From NCBI GenBank assembly GCA_051362555.1, contig CM120642.1, forward strand, positions 20,584,001 to 20,648,000: a stretch of 64,000 nucleotides of DNA, read 5' to 3'. The translations under genes and the position numbers were made by a program. A model generated the notes under the pieces. It saw only the letters and a program-made list of their open reading frames with translations. It was not told where the DNA came from and did not search any database. The DNA is from Lingula anatina. Lineage: Eukaryota; Animalia; Brachiopoda. Below are positions 45,170-60,681 of this stretch, piece after piece (the first letter of the stretch is position 1; the number at the start of each line of letters is the position of its first letter).

Positions 45170-47734
45170 GTAAGTTTTTATCATTAATGCCATCATTTTT
45201 TAGGTAACCGACTTAAGCACCAATAACATGTTTTTTTTGTTTTTTTTTGGAAGGGATATAATACATGTTAGACCTTAATGTAGCAGAAAGAAAAGTGGAA
45301 ATTTCAGCAATTTGCTATTTTTGATCAGGGTATGCTCCGTCTTAAACTGTTGACTCTTTTGCCATCTATAAGCCTATTGTATCATGATGTCTCTTTTTTA
45401 CCGTCTAGAAAATTAACCTGTTAGTTTCTCCATTACATAAATGTCTCTGAAACTTAGAGCTTAAAAAAATTGATAAATTTTTGGATTATAAATCTGTGAC
45501 TGGTTTCTGATATTTGATTGTAGGAAAATATTTGGAATTTATGGAACATTTTGTTATGGTACAAAGTTTATGAAAGGAATTCTTGTCCCCTAAATCTGTG
45601 TTCCGAATAGGTTATCAAAGTAGCAGGATCAATCTATCTGGGGAGGAGGGGATTCTCACTGAGGCATTGTCAATGTAATCAGCTTAATTGTCTGGCAGGC
45701 CCCTTTCAAGGCAACATGAACCAATTCATTCACAACAAAGATTTTCCGACTTTACCCAGACAAGTACGTTAAGTTAAAAGTGGACTTGCCAGACAATTAA
45801 GCTGATTACATTCACTGCGCTTAGAGAGAAACTTCGCTGATGTAGACTGATCCTGCTAGTTCAATCAATAACTTCTATTTTGAACATTGCCCAAGACAAC
45901 AAAATCCAACCAATAGCTTTCTTAACTGAATGAAATCAACAGCTCTGTAAATAGTAAAAATATGATGATGACATTCACAAATAATTTTCATGATTTTTAA
46001 ATGGGAGAAAAAGAATTGTGATAGGTGAGATTTGTTGGAATGTGCACTAATCAAGGGTGCAGCTAACACACTGAAGACAACCCAGAAAACACTAAAATGT
46101 TTTTGCAAATGTTATAAAAATATTTTTATTACCTAATTTTGTATGGTATTAAAAATGTTTTTAAACATTTTCAAATGAGTTTTGGAAAACATTAGTTTAA
46201 TGTTCTGGGAAAACATTCATGGAAAACATGTAAATATTATCTTAATGTTTTATTCTTCTTTTTTTTTTTTTCAATTTATGATTATATTGTTTCTGTGTAA
46301 TTAAGTAGGGTGTTAAAATGTGTAGTTATATAACAATATAATACAAAATACAGTGTATGTTTAAGAGAAGTAAAGATGGGTATTGGGAATACAGCTGTAT
46401 GAAACATTCAAACTGGAGGTCTGCCAACAGGTTTTTGTTACAAATAGCCTATCAATACATATTCCCTGAATGATCCTGGTGAATGCCGCAGTCATGATTA
46501 GGGCTCTTTGCAGCAGTGTTTAAATACCAGAGTTACTGAAACATATTTTAACAAGGACAGATACAGACAAAAAAATCAAATGTTTAACATTTTTTTTACC
46601 CAAGATCTTAAATGCACCAGAAGAATATTTTTATTACTAGAAATAGAATGTTATTTCATACTAGTGTGGAACAATAAGGGAAAAATGTGGTTTAGTTTAT
46701 CTGTATTGAGCTATGTAGCCTTAACTAAACAAGCAAGGCAATTTGACAAATAGGGGAATACTACCTCAACTGGCTTGTCATGTCAGAAAAAAGTGACTTG
46801 CTTACATTTAGAAATATGATATATGTCCAAGCTATAACTTAACTGAAATATGGAGCAAGATATTGAAGCATTTTCAGGATAAATAGTGGTTAAGTTGTGG
46901 CACAACATGTGTTTACTTTAGTGTCCGAACCACGAAGAGTATTTCCTGGAAATGCAGGGAGTGACAGAAGATTGGATCTTCCCCTCTCTCTGTAATCCTT
47001 GAGATAAACATATTAGTCTCGTCTCCACCTAGGGTGCTAACACTTGTATGGTGTTTCTCTCTACGTTTTATGGTATCTGTGGTTGCCATGATGATTTGGA
47101 CAGACTGTGCCGTCCTCTATGCTCATCCTGTCTGCTTGTACCTGATTGTTTGTATAGAAGTTGTAGGTGTGAAAGGATTAACTGCAGATCCTTCAGTGGC
47201 ATGGAGTCACACATTTATGTTGATTTCAGCATCATATGGTTGTTGGTTAAATGAACCAAATAATAAATGACTTTTAATTATGTATAGACCTAGAGCACAT
47301 TCCCAGAGATTTAGATCGATCCAAGTAGATCGACCTAACTCCCTGGGGGTTCACACTAAATTGCTGTCAGCTGACCGCCCACAGAAGTTAATTACCCCCT
47401 TACAGCTTTTAGTAGGTGGGACAGACATTTAAGCCAGCTAAGCTGATAGTAATCTAGTGAGACTCTCCACTGGGTTAGATCGATCTAAAATCTGTAGGAA
47501 TGGGGTCCTAGATGTGTCTGTACATGTAGCCGTCGCCTGTGTCATTCTTTTTTAATCAGGATATTTTATCAGTTTGGCAAATTGACAAACCGACTTGATT
47601 GGATTATTTTTTTGTCTTGGTGTTTGTACTTTTGACAGCTTTGCTGCCTTGTTTTTGTATGTTATTTATTTTGTTTTTCGCTTTTTTTTTTTTAAGACTA
47701 ATTACTCTCACCTTCTTCCTCTCCCTCTTTTCCC

Positions 47735-47765
<31 letters not shown>

Positions 47766-50564
47766 AATAAGCAAAAGCTTGGACATTGTGATTTTCATTA
47801 AAATAGACTTTATCAGAATTGACCTAATTTAATTGAGGATGTTGCCATTAAGAAAGAGGCTTGAGGATATTTGTTAAGTGGGAAACTGAGGAGATGCATC
47901 CTGAGAAGTACAGACTTCAGTTTTGTCTCTCCTGTCAAGTATAATTCATAGTCCAAGTAGGAGACGGACAGAAAATTAAATTACTTTAATTCTCCATACT
48001 CTTGAGTGACAAGAGAAAGTTTCAGGAGTATGGCCTTTAATTTTTATATTATCTATTAAAAAGTAAATACTGGGAACCACATTTAATTTTTTAAATGGTT
48101 AAAATCATTAACTGCATGTTGATGGAAATATAAGTCTAAATATTAGTATTTAAAATATTTTATTTTTCAATTATTTTCCCCTTTTAATATATGATTTAAT
48201 GTAAAGGTTTATGTAGTTTTCACAGGCATTTGTTGATTAGAGATTATTTTCTACCAAATTAAAGATTTGAAATATCTTTTTCATTGAAATCCATGACATC
48301 AGGTACTAAATGAATCAGTTTGAAGAACAGTTGCCGTTTTATAAATTCTATTTAAAGCTCCTTCAATGAACTTCATTAAAAATTCATGTTTTATGTGTGA
48401 TGAAATTAGTGTGAACGAATGATGAAAACACATGGTGTTATGAGTCAAAACAAGAGAATTGATTTCCACCCCACACCACTTTCTAGAAAGAATGCTGACT
48501 ATGCCTCCGTCAATATGAGAAAATATCGGCTGGGATTGTGCAATGATTAATTACTGATTGTACCTCTTTAATCTCTTTTCACTTTGAAATATTTCCTCAT
48601 TCACCTGACTACAGAATACAGAGGCCAACCTCTATAATCTGATGGTCCATTTAATCATATTATGGTCATGTGACACATCCCAAGGCTGTGATTGGTTGAA
48701 GGAGACAGCTGGGGGTTTTCAGTGGTAGCACATGGTCTACAGTGTGAAGTGACAGGCAGTATCATTACAGGGCTCTCAGCGAAGGTGTTTCTCTACAAGT
48801 TATTGGTCTCTACACAGGTGTAAAATACAGCTCTGGTGGTCAGAGAGTCCTAGCACAGGTCTGCCGTGCTAGGTACTGGAATTAGTAACTGAACATTTGC
48901 CATGATGTCTTGCCTGTTAATTCTTATTTTTGGATACAAGTTGGAAAGGATTTGTACCAACAAGAAGGCCAGTATTGGTGAAAAAACACAGAATGTTGGT
49001 AAGTTTTCTATTGGGTTAGTACATTACTGTGGCAGATAGAATGTTCTAAGTAGAAATCTCTTTCAGAAGAGAAAAGTCAAATCATATGTGGTGAAATAAT
49101 TTTGTGATTCATCAAGATTAAGGATATATAAGTCATTGGTTTATCTCAAATAAAAGTTGTGACTATTGTTATGAATCCAATAACCACTTGTTACCCAAGC
49201 TCTATTTATGGTATATGAGAAAAGGAAGTTCGAGAAATGTGTGGGAGTTTAAGTATAATACAGATAAAAGTGACTTATGATATGCATGGCCAACCATCTT
49301 CATAGATTGCCACAGAAAATATGTAGAATATTTTATCTATGGGGGAATTTTGTGAAACCATTTTATGGTGTATGATCAGGATTGAGTGTGAAAGAGAAAA
49401 TTGTCTCTGAGTGTCTGACTGCATTTTTGAGCATAATCAAGATGTAGAAGATTGTACATGGTTTTGGGCCTTCTTTATGTAGTGTGTTTTGGTTTAAGCA
49501 TGCTGCATGATGAATGTCCTGAAAAGTGTCTCAAACAATGTAGAAGCTGATGGGAATAAATGTCAGTTAGTTTTTAAATACTCCCTTAGATGAATTAAGA
49601 CAACTGATTAAACAAAAAGGTGACTACTCATAAATGGATTGAATTAATATCTTTTTTTATGGAAGGTCAGAATAATCATCACCATAAATAAAAACATTTT
49701 TGTTCCTTTGATTGTCAAGTTTACAATCTCAAAATATTTTAATGACAGAACTGTTTTAATTTTACTACCAAATTATAAATAATTTTTATACTTGAGAAAT
49801 TTTCAAAACGGTATTTGCATGGTAAAAAGGGATGTTATTATAGCAAAATGTTGAAATTTACTAGTTCATCTAAGTATTAGCATTTTAATATCATAGCTGC
49901 TGTCATAAGCTTTAATATTACAGCAGCTGTCATAAGTAGAAATGTAACTTGCATATTGATTTGCAACATCTTGACAGCTTGACTTAAGGATAGAATTACT
50001 AGTAGGTTTTCACTTTTCCTGGAGATGAAATTTTTGTGGAATTATACACCAACAGATCAGCTGATAAAATTCCTGGCGGGAGTGTTTGACTTTTATACGT
50101 AGATACAATCAGTATAACAGTTTACTTAACTGCTAATTAACACTAATTACAGTCTTGATGAGTGCTGTCAGCTGCTAACAAGTGCATGTTTACGTCAATG
50201 TTCTTCTTGTTAGTAAAAGAATATTGTTTCACGTTGTATTAGAGAAAATTGTGCAATCTCCTCATTAATGTTGTGTACTTGCTGTGCATGGACAATATCA
50301 CAGTGGTTGCTAATGTGACTTGATCCAGGGAAATTACTATGAAAGTCTCCTATTCTGACCTGGTCATGAAAAGATTGTACGTTTACCTCCTGGGCCAAGA
50401 ACAAGTAAAGATTAATGCAGGGTATACGGAAAGTAGTATGCTTTTGTACTGTTTGCTGGTCTAATCCAATGATACAATATGAAATAATTGAGTTATTTCA
50501 TTGTTGAAAATTTTGTACTTGTCATGGGTAGTGTGGCACATTGTGTGTGTGTGTGTGTGTGTTT

Positions 50565-50603
<39 letters not shown>

Positions 50604-52886
50604 TAAAGAGCATTCCTTATCAACTAAATGCACTTATCTTTTGAGTTTGTATTTGATTATGTTATAATCTTTCTGAACAGTTGTGGTTTTAATCAGTTAG
50701 AGTAGGAAGTGTGATTTGTGTTATTATCTCTTTGTAGGATTGTTTCTGATACTAAAAGGTTAAATTTCCGTTTCATAGTCAGGGGTTTTCAAGAGGATTC
50801 ATATACATATAAGTAGGTGATGAAGTAATTTGGCAGTGAGCTGCACTTAATTGTAGATGGAGCATTTGCACAATTATTTTATTGAAATGCACTAAAATGT
50901 AGGAGATCCTAAACTCATTTCTTTGTACACAAATTTATAACATAAACATATAGTATTAAAAGGCATTATCATATCACCATTATCATATCAGCATATTTTC
51001 ATTCCTCAAACATCGCTTTTAGCAAAAAAAGAAGTGACATTGATTTGCAATAAAAAAAAGTGGCCTTAGGTATCATTTATATGGTTTTTAATAATTATAT
51101 TTCCATCTTTAGAAATACCTGACCAATGAACTACCAGGTAAATAAATGACACCTTCAGCTAAAAGAAAGGCCTGAAATGAACACCCATTAAATCATTATT
51201 CAGGTATGGGAATGCCCCATGTGACACATTGACTGATGTCCACGTAACAGTCATACACCTGATAGTATCAGGGATGTCCCAGGTATAGGGGGGGATTCAC
51301 CCTGGAATGACTAAGATCAATTAAAATGGAAGCACTTTCTGTGTCATTGTATGCAAATATAGTATGTTAATATTACCTGGCTAGACAGATTTCCTTATAG
51401 CTGATACTTCTTGAGCGCCAGAGTTTTAGTGATTACTGAAAGATAACTGAAAAATATAACTTCATTAATTATTCAGCAGTTGTAACTAATTTTTCTCCAT
51501 TGACCAGCTGTCTTGGTTGATTTGACTCGGTATGCAGCTTATTCTATTATTCGCGAAAAAAAAACTCTTAAGTTGTGATATGTGAAATTTCTGTGTGGAA
51601 GTAAAAGAGACTGAAGTACTCGACTTGTATGCTTGAAATTGATATTAAGAAGAGGATATTACATGAGTTGGTAAAGATCAAAGAAACCAGTTGATTAAAT
51701 CTGCCATGAAATGATACAGGGATACATGAATTAAACCACATGTTTCTTTGAGTTGTGTGAATAAATATGCTTTTTTTTTTTTTTTTTTTTTTTTTAATCT
51801 TGTTATTTCTCACCTTTCCTATCTTGACATCTCAGTATTAAATCCAGTGTGTGATGGAAGCAAGCATGCTACAACACAGGCCCTTAGAGAGAAGGCTCAG
51901 ACCTCTAGCTGTGGTGAAGGATGTACTTACGCAACACTTAGCTAAACAGGGCCATTATGGACAATTTACTGAATGTAGCATTTCTTAAAGGCTCACAGTG
52001 GGTTGGACTGTGTTATTAACTGCCAGGATTTACTGGGCAGACAAAAACGTGCTGGTACATGTGATATTTAGGGTCGCTATAAAGTGAAATATGCCTTGCA
52101 ATACCTCTGTCATGTTTTACCAACCCTGCGTGATATTTACTAGTATTGCTATAGCCAGCTTTGACATTTAAGAGGATTGCCTCAATTAATATAAGTAAAG
52201 TATCATTTATTACACAATAGGAGTTGTAATTTTTGTAGAAGAATTCCCACCACAACCTAGCCCATGCCAGTAGGCTTTGATAAAGGGTTTCTATATGGTA
52301 AACTGTGGGGTCTCCGGTGTGTTTTGGTTCTCCTGTTCCCATGCAGGTGACAATGTTCCAGTAGGAAATTTGAGTTGCCAATTTCAGTGTACTATTGTGG
52401 CAACCTTCTTCACAGTTATTGTCCACTGTTATCTGTATGTTGGGTAAGGATGAGGTTGAGTTGTGTAAATTAATGCAAGTTTTGTGTAGATGGGAATGAG
52501 TTGAGTGAGGTAGTGAGGAGATGTGAGATAGATGGTATCAGCATGTTTATAGATTTGTAATTTGGAGTTGCTTATCAGCTTTCCACAACTCAAGTTTGTT
52601 CAAAACTGTCTTCCAAAAGTGTAGGCAGATGCTTTGTAAAGGGCATACTGTTTGATATTAAGAATGGGCTTTGAAATCTGTTTCTAAAGGTTTGCATGCA
52701 CTGAGACATTTTTTTAATTGCCTATACTAGCATAATACTTATAATCTAGCCAACCCTGAGAAGATAAATGATATTTCTTTTCAGGTAGCTTTTCATGGTG
52801 TTGGAAGAACTGCAGCTGTAGTATAAATATGAATAAGTAAAATTTTTAATGATTTGTTTATAATTATGTGCCCCCCTCCCCCCAGT

Positions 52887-52936
<50 letters not shown>

Positions 52937-55900
52937 CATAAACAACATGTACTTCGCAGTTTGCATCAACAGCCATTTAATTCTCATAAACTTCTTGATT
53001 ACAATCTTTATCCTCACGTCCACCGGTCAGCAATTAGTGTCCTGGAGAGGGTATGAGGTCATCTTGGTGACAGTGGTCAAATATTGTGGACAGTAGACCA
53101 TGTGATTAAACACATACCTGTTGTAAGAGAAAAGGAATTAAAAGCTCTTAGTGGTCACAAGACCGTGCCTGGTCCTATTAATGGGCAGTGCCCTCCTCAT
53201 TTCCTGTGGTCAAGCTGCAGCCAGAGTAAGATGACCATTACTTCAATAGCTGCTGGGTGGACAGTAGTCACAAATCACTGGTTAAGTACCTGTGTCATGA
53301 TATTGCCCATGGTCGGCTGCCTGTAAACTGTGTCGGGTTTAAGGCTGACTTTTTTGTTTGTTTGTCTGCTCTGTTTGTTAGAAATTTGGTTGATATTTTT
53401 CATCCAAGCAAAAAGGAAGAAAGCTGCATTTTAGAATAACAGATTCAACTTTCCTTTCTGACTTGACGCTACTTACAAATGATGTGCTAGAATATTTAAG
53501 ATTTATTATGTTTCGTTCATGTAAAGCATAATCATTGCTTGCAAAAAAAGGTGCTTGTGAGATTAAATATTTTCTATTTGAAATGACCATATATGATCTC
53601 AGGATTGTATTTTTCTCATGAAAGAAGTTCTCAACTTTTTGTGAAGAATATGACACAGGATAACCTTAGTTCCCACGATATGCTTAACAATGTTTTTTTT
53701 AATTCTTTGAATGATATGAAGTATATATACAATATAAATGTTGATGTATCTTATTTTTCCAGAAAAGTCGTTAAAACATTCCAAGTTCCAAGCGTTGAAG
53801 CGTCTGCTTACAGACAATCATGTGAACATAGATCAGGCAGTAGAACAGATCCTCAGCATCAAGTCCATCACAGTGGAAGTCCACCCTCAGTAAGTTGGGC
53901 TGTATTTCATTGTACTTTATTATATGTATAAATGTCTTGCCCAAGAGTTTAATGCTCAGATTTAATTTTTATAATTTGTCAGCATACTTTGAAACATTGC
54001 CCTTAGTCTATACAAATGAGTGAATAGCTTAATTGAGAATGTTGGATTTTTATTTTATTTTATTTATTTTTATTTTTACAATTAAACTGAAGTACTTGTA
54101 AAAATTAAAGGATTGAGACTAGAAAAGATAACTGTGGCTGCAGTATGTATAGTAAAAAATTTAATATACCTGCTAGACTATTAGTGCTTTTCTTTTAATA
54201 AAGATTTTCTTATATTGAATACTGTCACAATTTTTGATTTCCTGTGATGGGCATTGCTAGATTCAATTTCCTGAAATGGTCTTGGCTACTTTTGATTTCC
54301 GGTGGTCTTCAAAGCAGCATAACTGTAAATTACACTTGTAAAACATTAGATACATAACAGCATCCTGTGGTAAATTAATCAAAACAGATGGACATTGAAG
54401 TGCTACCAGGACAAATGAGGGTATGATACAGGACTGAAGAGCTTGTTAACAAACAGCATATATCACCACTATGAGTCCCTATAGGGACAGATGTATGAGA
54501 TCCAGTTATTAATGATCACGATGATAATAATTCGTTGAATAGTTTACAGTAGTCTGTTCTCTAAACTACTGGCTATGTACAACAGGGACTACAAAAAAAA
54601 AGACATAAAAAAGATGTAGTGCAATAAAAAAAAAGGAAAAAGGCGTAGTGAATATTAAACAGCAGTTATGTGTACAATACAGATATTTAATTAATACTAA
54701 ATGTGCTGCAGTTGCCAGTATGTTGACAGCTGGGGAAGCTCTATTAACTCTGATGTGGGTTTTAACTTATAATTAGAAAGTCTCCAATTTTCTAGTTGCT
54801 GCCAAAATGGAAAAAGTTTTTGCAAAAATTAGGAGATAAAACACGTTTTGTTCAGTCATTTTGCCCAATATGTGTAATAGCAAGAGAAAAAGAAATAAGG
54901 AAAATGTGATATTATTGCTTTTATTTATGAGTGAACATTGTCCACTACCAACCAATGTGGTTACTGTCCACTTATTAGAAAAAGGTTTAATATTACCTGA
55001 TCTAGAATAATTCTCCAGATTTTGAAATGATTCCACAGGAAAGGATATACTGCAAAAGAAATAATATTTCCCAAATGTCTCAAATTGATCTTTTCTGTTG
55101 AAAATTGTTAGCCCAGTTTATGGTATCATTACACAATGGTTTGCATGATCATTCTGAAAAAAAAAATGAATAGCTTAAGTCATGTACAAAATTATAGACA
55201 GGATACTGCTTTGTTCTTAGGTTCTTATGAAAGTTAACAATCCTTCTGGGAGTCAAATGAGTAAAATTTTCTGGGTTCTCTTTATAGAGCTTGAAAGGAA
55301 TGAACTAATTATTAAGGAAACTTGAGCTGTTCCCAAATCAAGGATACACGCACACAAAATTGATTTTTTAGTCTTAAGAAGATTAGTTGTATAATACAAA
55401 AAATGGTAATGCTGAATAACATTGGCTAGAGGAGCAAGGCAAATATAATCCAGGATATCTTATTTATTTTGAGTCTTAGGGAGATCAGTCAGTGAACTAT
55501 AATGAAAGAATCAAGGAAATATTAGCTGAGCTTTTTTCCAGGATACAGATTTGTGTCTAAGATATGTAACATTAAGTTTCTTTGATAAGAATATCTGCCA
55601 ACACAGTGTCATCTGAGGGGAGAGGAAGCGTCAGATCATCTCTGTTGTGTTTTCCTGAGGGGTCCCAGTTAGATGATGGGTTTAGATTGCCATCATTTAC
55701 ACGTATCTTCAGAGTAACAACACATGAGGATGACCATGTTTGCTTACTGCTCAGGTTGTATGAGGAAGGTGTCACTACTGGAATCACCTGCTAGATCTAG
55801 TGGCAGAAATTGTTTGTTGTCTGGGGGATTCCTTTTTGTTGATCTTCCTGCATCAAGTTGCAAAATGTTTGTTGTCTATGGGATTAACAGTGCTTCTACT

Positions 55901-58900
55901 TGTAATTGATTTCTATTTTTTGTAATTAACCAAAAATGTTCCACTTTTTGGCAAACAGAGTATCTGGTTTGTTAATTGTGGTCTGTATTTACAAGAAATA
56001 TCTATAAGAAAAGTGTGCTCTTTGTGATTTCAGTTAATTTCAGAAAATTGTCAGAGTTTGTGGAAGTATGAAGTGATGATCTACACACATGCACAGCTGT
56101 ATATGTTACATGTTGCCATCTTTATTTTCTTTCACAACAAAACTGATTTTGTGGAGTAACATCCATAACATTAATCTACAAGTCGAGACTTACAAGTATT
56201 GTTATCTCAGGTTTTGTTACATGATTACAAATGGTTCAGGAAAATAAGTTTATTCACCATCTTGGGAGAAATGAATGTGAGCTAATTTTGCACAGTTGCT
56301 GTAGCCCACATTTTTTACTCAAATTTAAGGTCGGGATGATTTATACAGAAGTCTTACTGTTTGCACAGCTTGGTAAAAATTAATTAGTTTCACTCCAGGC
56401 AGCAGTGTTTTAATTGGATTCTGGCAGTGAAATAATGAAAATGTGAAAATGATTAAAGCATAAAGCTTTTTTGGCACATTTTCTGTGGACTCTTGTTAAT
56501 GGAGTTCAATTCTCTGCAGGACAAATTTCAGGCCTTCGTTTTTATTCTAATTAATTGCTGCCCAGAGGAATATTTTTGAATTACTGCATTTAGCAAATTG
56601 TTTTGCAGTCATTATCATATCCCAAATTCATCAGATTTTAGAACTTGATAAGCACTCTGTGTAAAAACCACACCAGTGTTAAAGCAGAGTTGCTTTATAC
56701 AAAGATTTAATGTTGTTACCTAGATTGCATTGTTTTTTCATGCTTCTTACTCCAAATACAAAGTTGTGCCATATAACTGTCTTGTGAACATAGGTTCACT
56801 TGTATCTAGCTGAACTCCTGTCATTATAATTATGCTTTGCTGTACTTGTATAAACCTTTACTATGGAGACAAGAAAGAAATTGTTCCCAAGCAGATTACA
56901 GCCTCCTCCATTGTAAGGTAGTGGGAAGTCTCCTTGTGAGCATGCAGTGGTCAGAGTTCTCAGGGTTTGAGTATAAAACAAGTGACATAGTATCCTCTGT
57001 GTAGAAGACAGTAATGGCCTCCCATGATCTCCACAGCCCTGGGAAATTACCTTGCAGACCAGCAGGTAAATAAACTGTGCAACAGAGAAGTAAACTTTGT
57101 GCAGGTGGAGTGTTTAGATTGACGTGAATTGATGGTCCTTTCGTTGTGAATGTAAAAAGAACAGTTCTGATGGCAGTAGAACTCTTAACAAAGTGAAATA
57201 TGGGATGAATTGAATGTACCATAAAAAAACTTGCAAAAGCCATGTGGCAATGTGCTTTGTAATTGACCTATACAAGCCTTAATGAGGCTGTCTGTCTCTA
57301 AGCGGAGGGGAGGGTTTAACTGTCAGTTTTTGGTGGATTCGTGGTATTGTCTGTGTTATACAAATGACTTGATTCAGCTATATATGGGTCTAAAATTAAC
57401 TGTGACATTAAAATGTGTCCAACTGACTTGTTTCAGTTGGTAGAATGTAGTGTCCATGCAGTGACATACTAGATATAACTATACACCTCACTGTTTCAAT
57501 TCTGGTACAAGCAATGTGAATTACCTGGATCTCTTGAATATCATTTTTAAAAAATGATGAAATTGTCAGGAAATTATAAGCAAACATCAGTATTTTTGAG
57601 AGATGGGTGGCAGATAGTTTACAGTGGCTGACAGAATGAATTATTCTTCACTAATAGCATATTTTACATGACAGCTAGGAAAGCTTACCACCATTTGTGG
57701 TCAATTGCTTAATCAAGTTGTAATGAAAAAAGATTCAATAGTAACTTGATATCATTTAGAGGATTTTAAACCTTCAGCCTAAAGGGTCATGCTCTTTCCA
57801 GTCTGGAGCTGCATTGAGTTAAGGAATAAATCTCTGTTAAAGGGAGGTCTTGGAAAGAACAGTATTGGCATTTCCACCTGCGAGTTAGCATTCCACCACA
57901 TATCTGGGCTGGGGGTCCACCTAGGAGCCTTGGATGTCCAGGTATGCCCATCTGCTTTACCTGCAGTCCCCACCTGTCTCACCTGACACCTGCACATCTG
58001 TCACATAGCACTATGATAGGCTCTAGCTACAGACACCTGGATTAGTGATTGTATGGGCTGTGACTAGAGCTGCTCCTTGCTATGCTGAGAACTCTGCAAA
58101 AACAATCTTAAGTCTGTGAAGATATGTCCAATTTATTATGGTGTCCAATTTATTATGGTAGAAGGTATAAAAAAAGGCAGCTGATGATAATTATAACAGT
58201 AACAAAGGCAGCTGAGATAGAGATTTATTTTCAAATAAAGTGACTCCAGGGGTAATCTTTCCTTATTTATCATATTTATTGATAGCACCCTTTTAAATTA
58301 AGAAGTAGCATGCCTTATTCCACAGTGAGTTTTTTTATGCCTGTTGTCTGTGCTTAAGAAGCATTCCAGTTGATTTTGTCATTTTCACAAATACTTTTCA
58401 TAAGGAGTTTAAAAAAAACAGACAAACAAAAAAGCTTGAGCAGATGGTCACCTTGACTCAAGTCCTTGGTATGTCAATGGCAATGTTTATTGTTGTCAGT
58501 GGCTTAGTTTCTGTTCTGGTATCCCCTGATTAGAGCACCTGGGAGGATGGAGATGACAGGTGGCAGTCTTGACTTGAGTCACTGGACAGTGAGATTATGT
58601 GATTATGTATGTATATTTATACTTTTTACTGAAATTTTGATTTCAGATTTTTAACCACCTCTGCAGTTCATGTCAAAGTCATAGGACCTTGCTATCATTG
58701 AACACTATTTCTTCAATTTGAGTTAAAGCATGTATGTTTAATTCTTTGCCAGGTTCCAACCTACAATCCATATATGTCTCACACAGATCTGTGGCTACAG
58801 AGAATTCATCACAGAACTGGAGAGCGTTAGGAAAACACCGTACTCATCAGAGAACAACAGACATGAAGAAATGTTACTTGAGGTACGATGTTTACTGCAA

Positions 58901-60637
58901 TTTTTTTTTTACATTTATTATTTTGATTCTCAGAAGTGATTGTGTTATGTGTTAATCTGGGTGTTAATACCAACATGTGTTGGTATATAAACATAAAGCT
59001 TTGATGCAAAAAAAGAAAGAAAGAAAGAAAGAAAAAGGAGGAGAAAGAAGTAGAAGAAAGCAACCAACACATGTCTTGCCATGTGTAGCGGAGGTGTCAC
59101 AGTGTGTAGACCACAAAAAGAACACCTCAACAGAGAAAAGAAATAAGAAAAATAACTTTTTCAATTGCCACATTTTTGTGCTGAAAAGGGCAATGATAAG
59201 TTCAGGGACACCAGTTCACACAAGTGTTCTCTGACAGTGCCTCCACTTACCACACACTATGTGCATCATTGGCCTGGTATATTCATGTATTAAGTTACAT
59301 GAAAAACACTGTTGTTATCATTAAAATATATATATAATAGCATGGAGGTGTTCTACTTAGACTGATCACAATTCACTTGACTTGGTGACACTAGAGTTGA
59401 AGTGTCACTTGTTCCACATAATACACTGTTATACCTGTATCAGGTGCCTGTATTTATGACAATGTTTGTTTACTGGGTTGGAGTGATTGTTGGTTTGTAA
59501 AGTGGGGATAATGGTAAGAATTATAAGATCATTGTATACCTTGGATGAGGGTCCATTCTACAGAAAGGTTTCAATTGCTGCCCAAAAGATCAGATTTTCA
59601 GATTTAATCTGCCCAGGAGGTACTGGACCAGAGCTGTGCTTTCCTGATCGCATTGCAATTTAAGTGCAACTGAAGTGACATTAATTTCATTTTTTAAGCT
59701 GATAAAATACAAAGTCGACATCGGTTTCTTTTTCAAGCTGATAAAAGATAATTCCAAGCATAATAACCTCCTGTTAATGTTGTCGTGATCATTTTTTAAT
59801 TTTATTATCAATATTATTATTGCTTTTGATCATTAATTAATTTTTTTATTTTTTATTTTTTTTGCATTTTCTTTTAAAGGGTTAGGTGGAATTTTGTCGA
59901 AATCATAATGCTGCCACAAATATTTGTCTCTGTAATGTCAAGAAAAAAATAAAAATAAATAAAGACATTGATAAATAGAGATAACATGTTAATGCTGTTG
60001 TTGTCATTGTTCTAGTTATGGCAGAAGCTGATGCCAGACGTTCCTCTCCAGTCCAGATATAACCGGCAGTGGGGAGACATTGGCTTCCAAGGTGACGACC
60101 CCATGACAGACTTCAGGGGAATGGGACTCCTGGGACTACAAAATCTTCTGTATGTATTTCACACATTTTTTTAATGATTTGTATTATAATATACCCCCCT
60201 AATGATTTGTATTATAATATACCCCCCTACCAATCTCTAGACATTCAGACTACAGTACTCCCTCAAGTGATATATGGCATGCAGATATGAGGGGTGTCAA
60301 GGGCAATTAGTTCATTAGATATTAGATTATTGGGTTTCTTCTTAATTTGAGATGATGGAAATTATGGCATGTCATCAGGCTATGTCAGTGAACTGACAGC
60401 TGGGAGCCCCCCCCCCCCCCCCTCCTCCCCCAGGACGTGATAAAATCTGCTGAGCAAACTTGGGCATCTGCTAGCTGTTCTAGAACAAGATCTAGACACC
60501 AGTCTCTATATTGGGATCTGCTATTTAAAAAGATGCCATGCAAACATATTGCTTATTGTGTTATAGAAAGATACTTGCCTTCTGTAATGCAGGGGGAGGG
60601 AGGAAGCACTTTCTATTATGGTGCACCTTCACACACA

Positions 60638-60681
<44 letters not shown>

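Noticed and set aside
55572-55909. Overlapping ORFs with a HEDDHVCLLLRLY segment resembling the ELMOD HE..L..LW motif (possible alternative exon)
   Set aside because: No convincing phase-compatible splice sites; the true exon is 58753-58882
60172-60228. Short perfect tandem duplications (also ~58125-58158, ~28018-28060, ~43542-43589)
   Set aside because: Ordinary slippage duplications with no evidence of function
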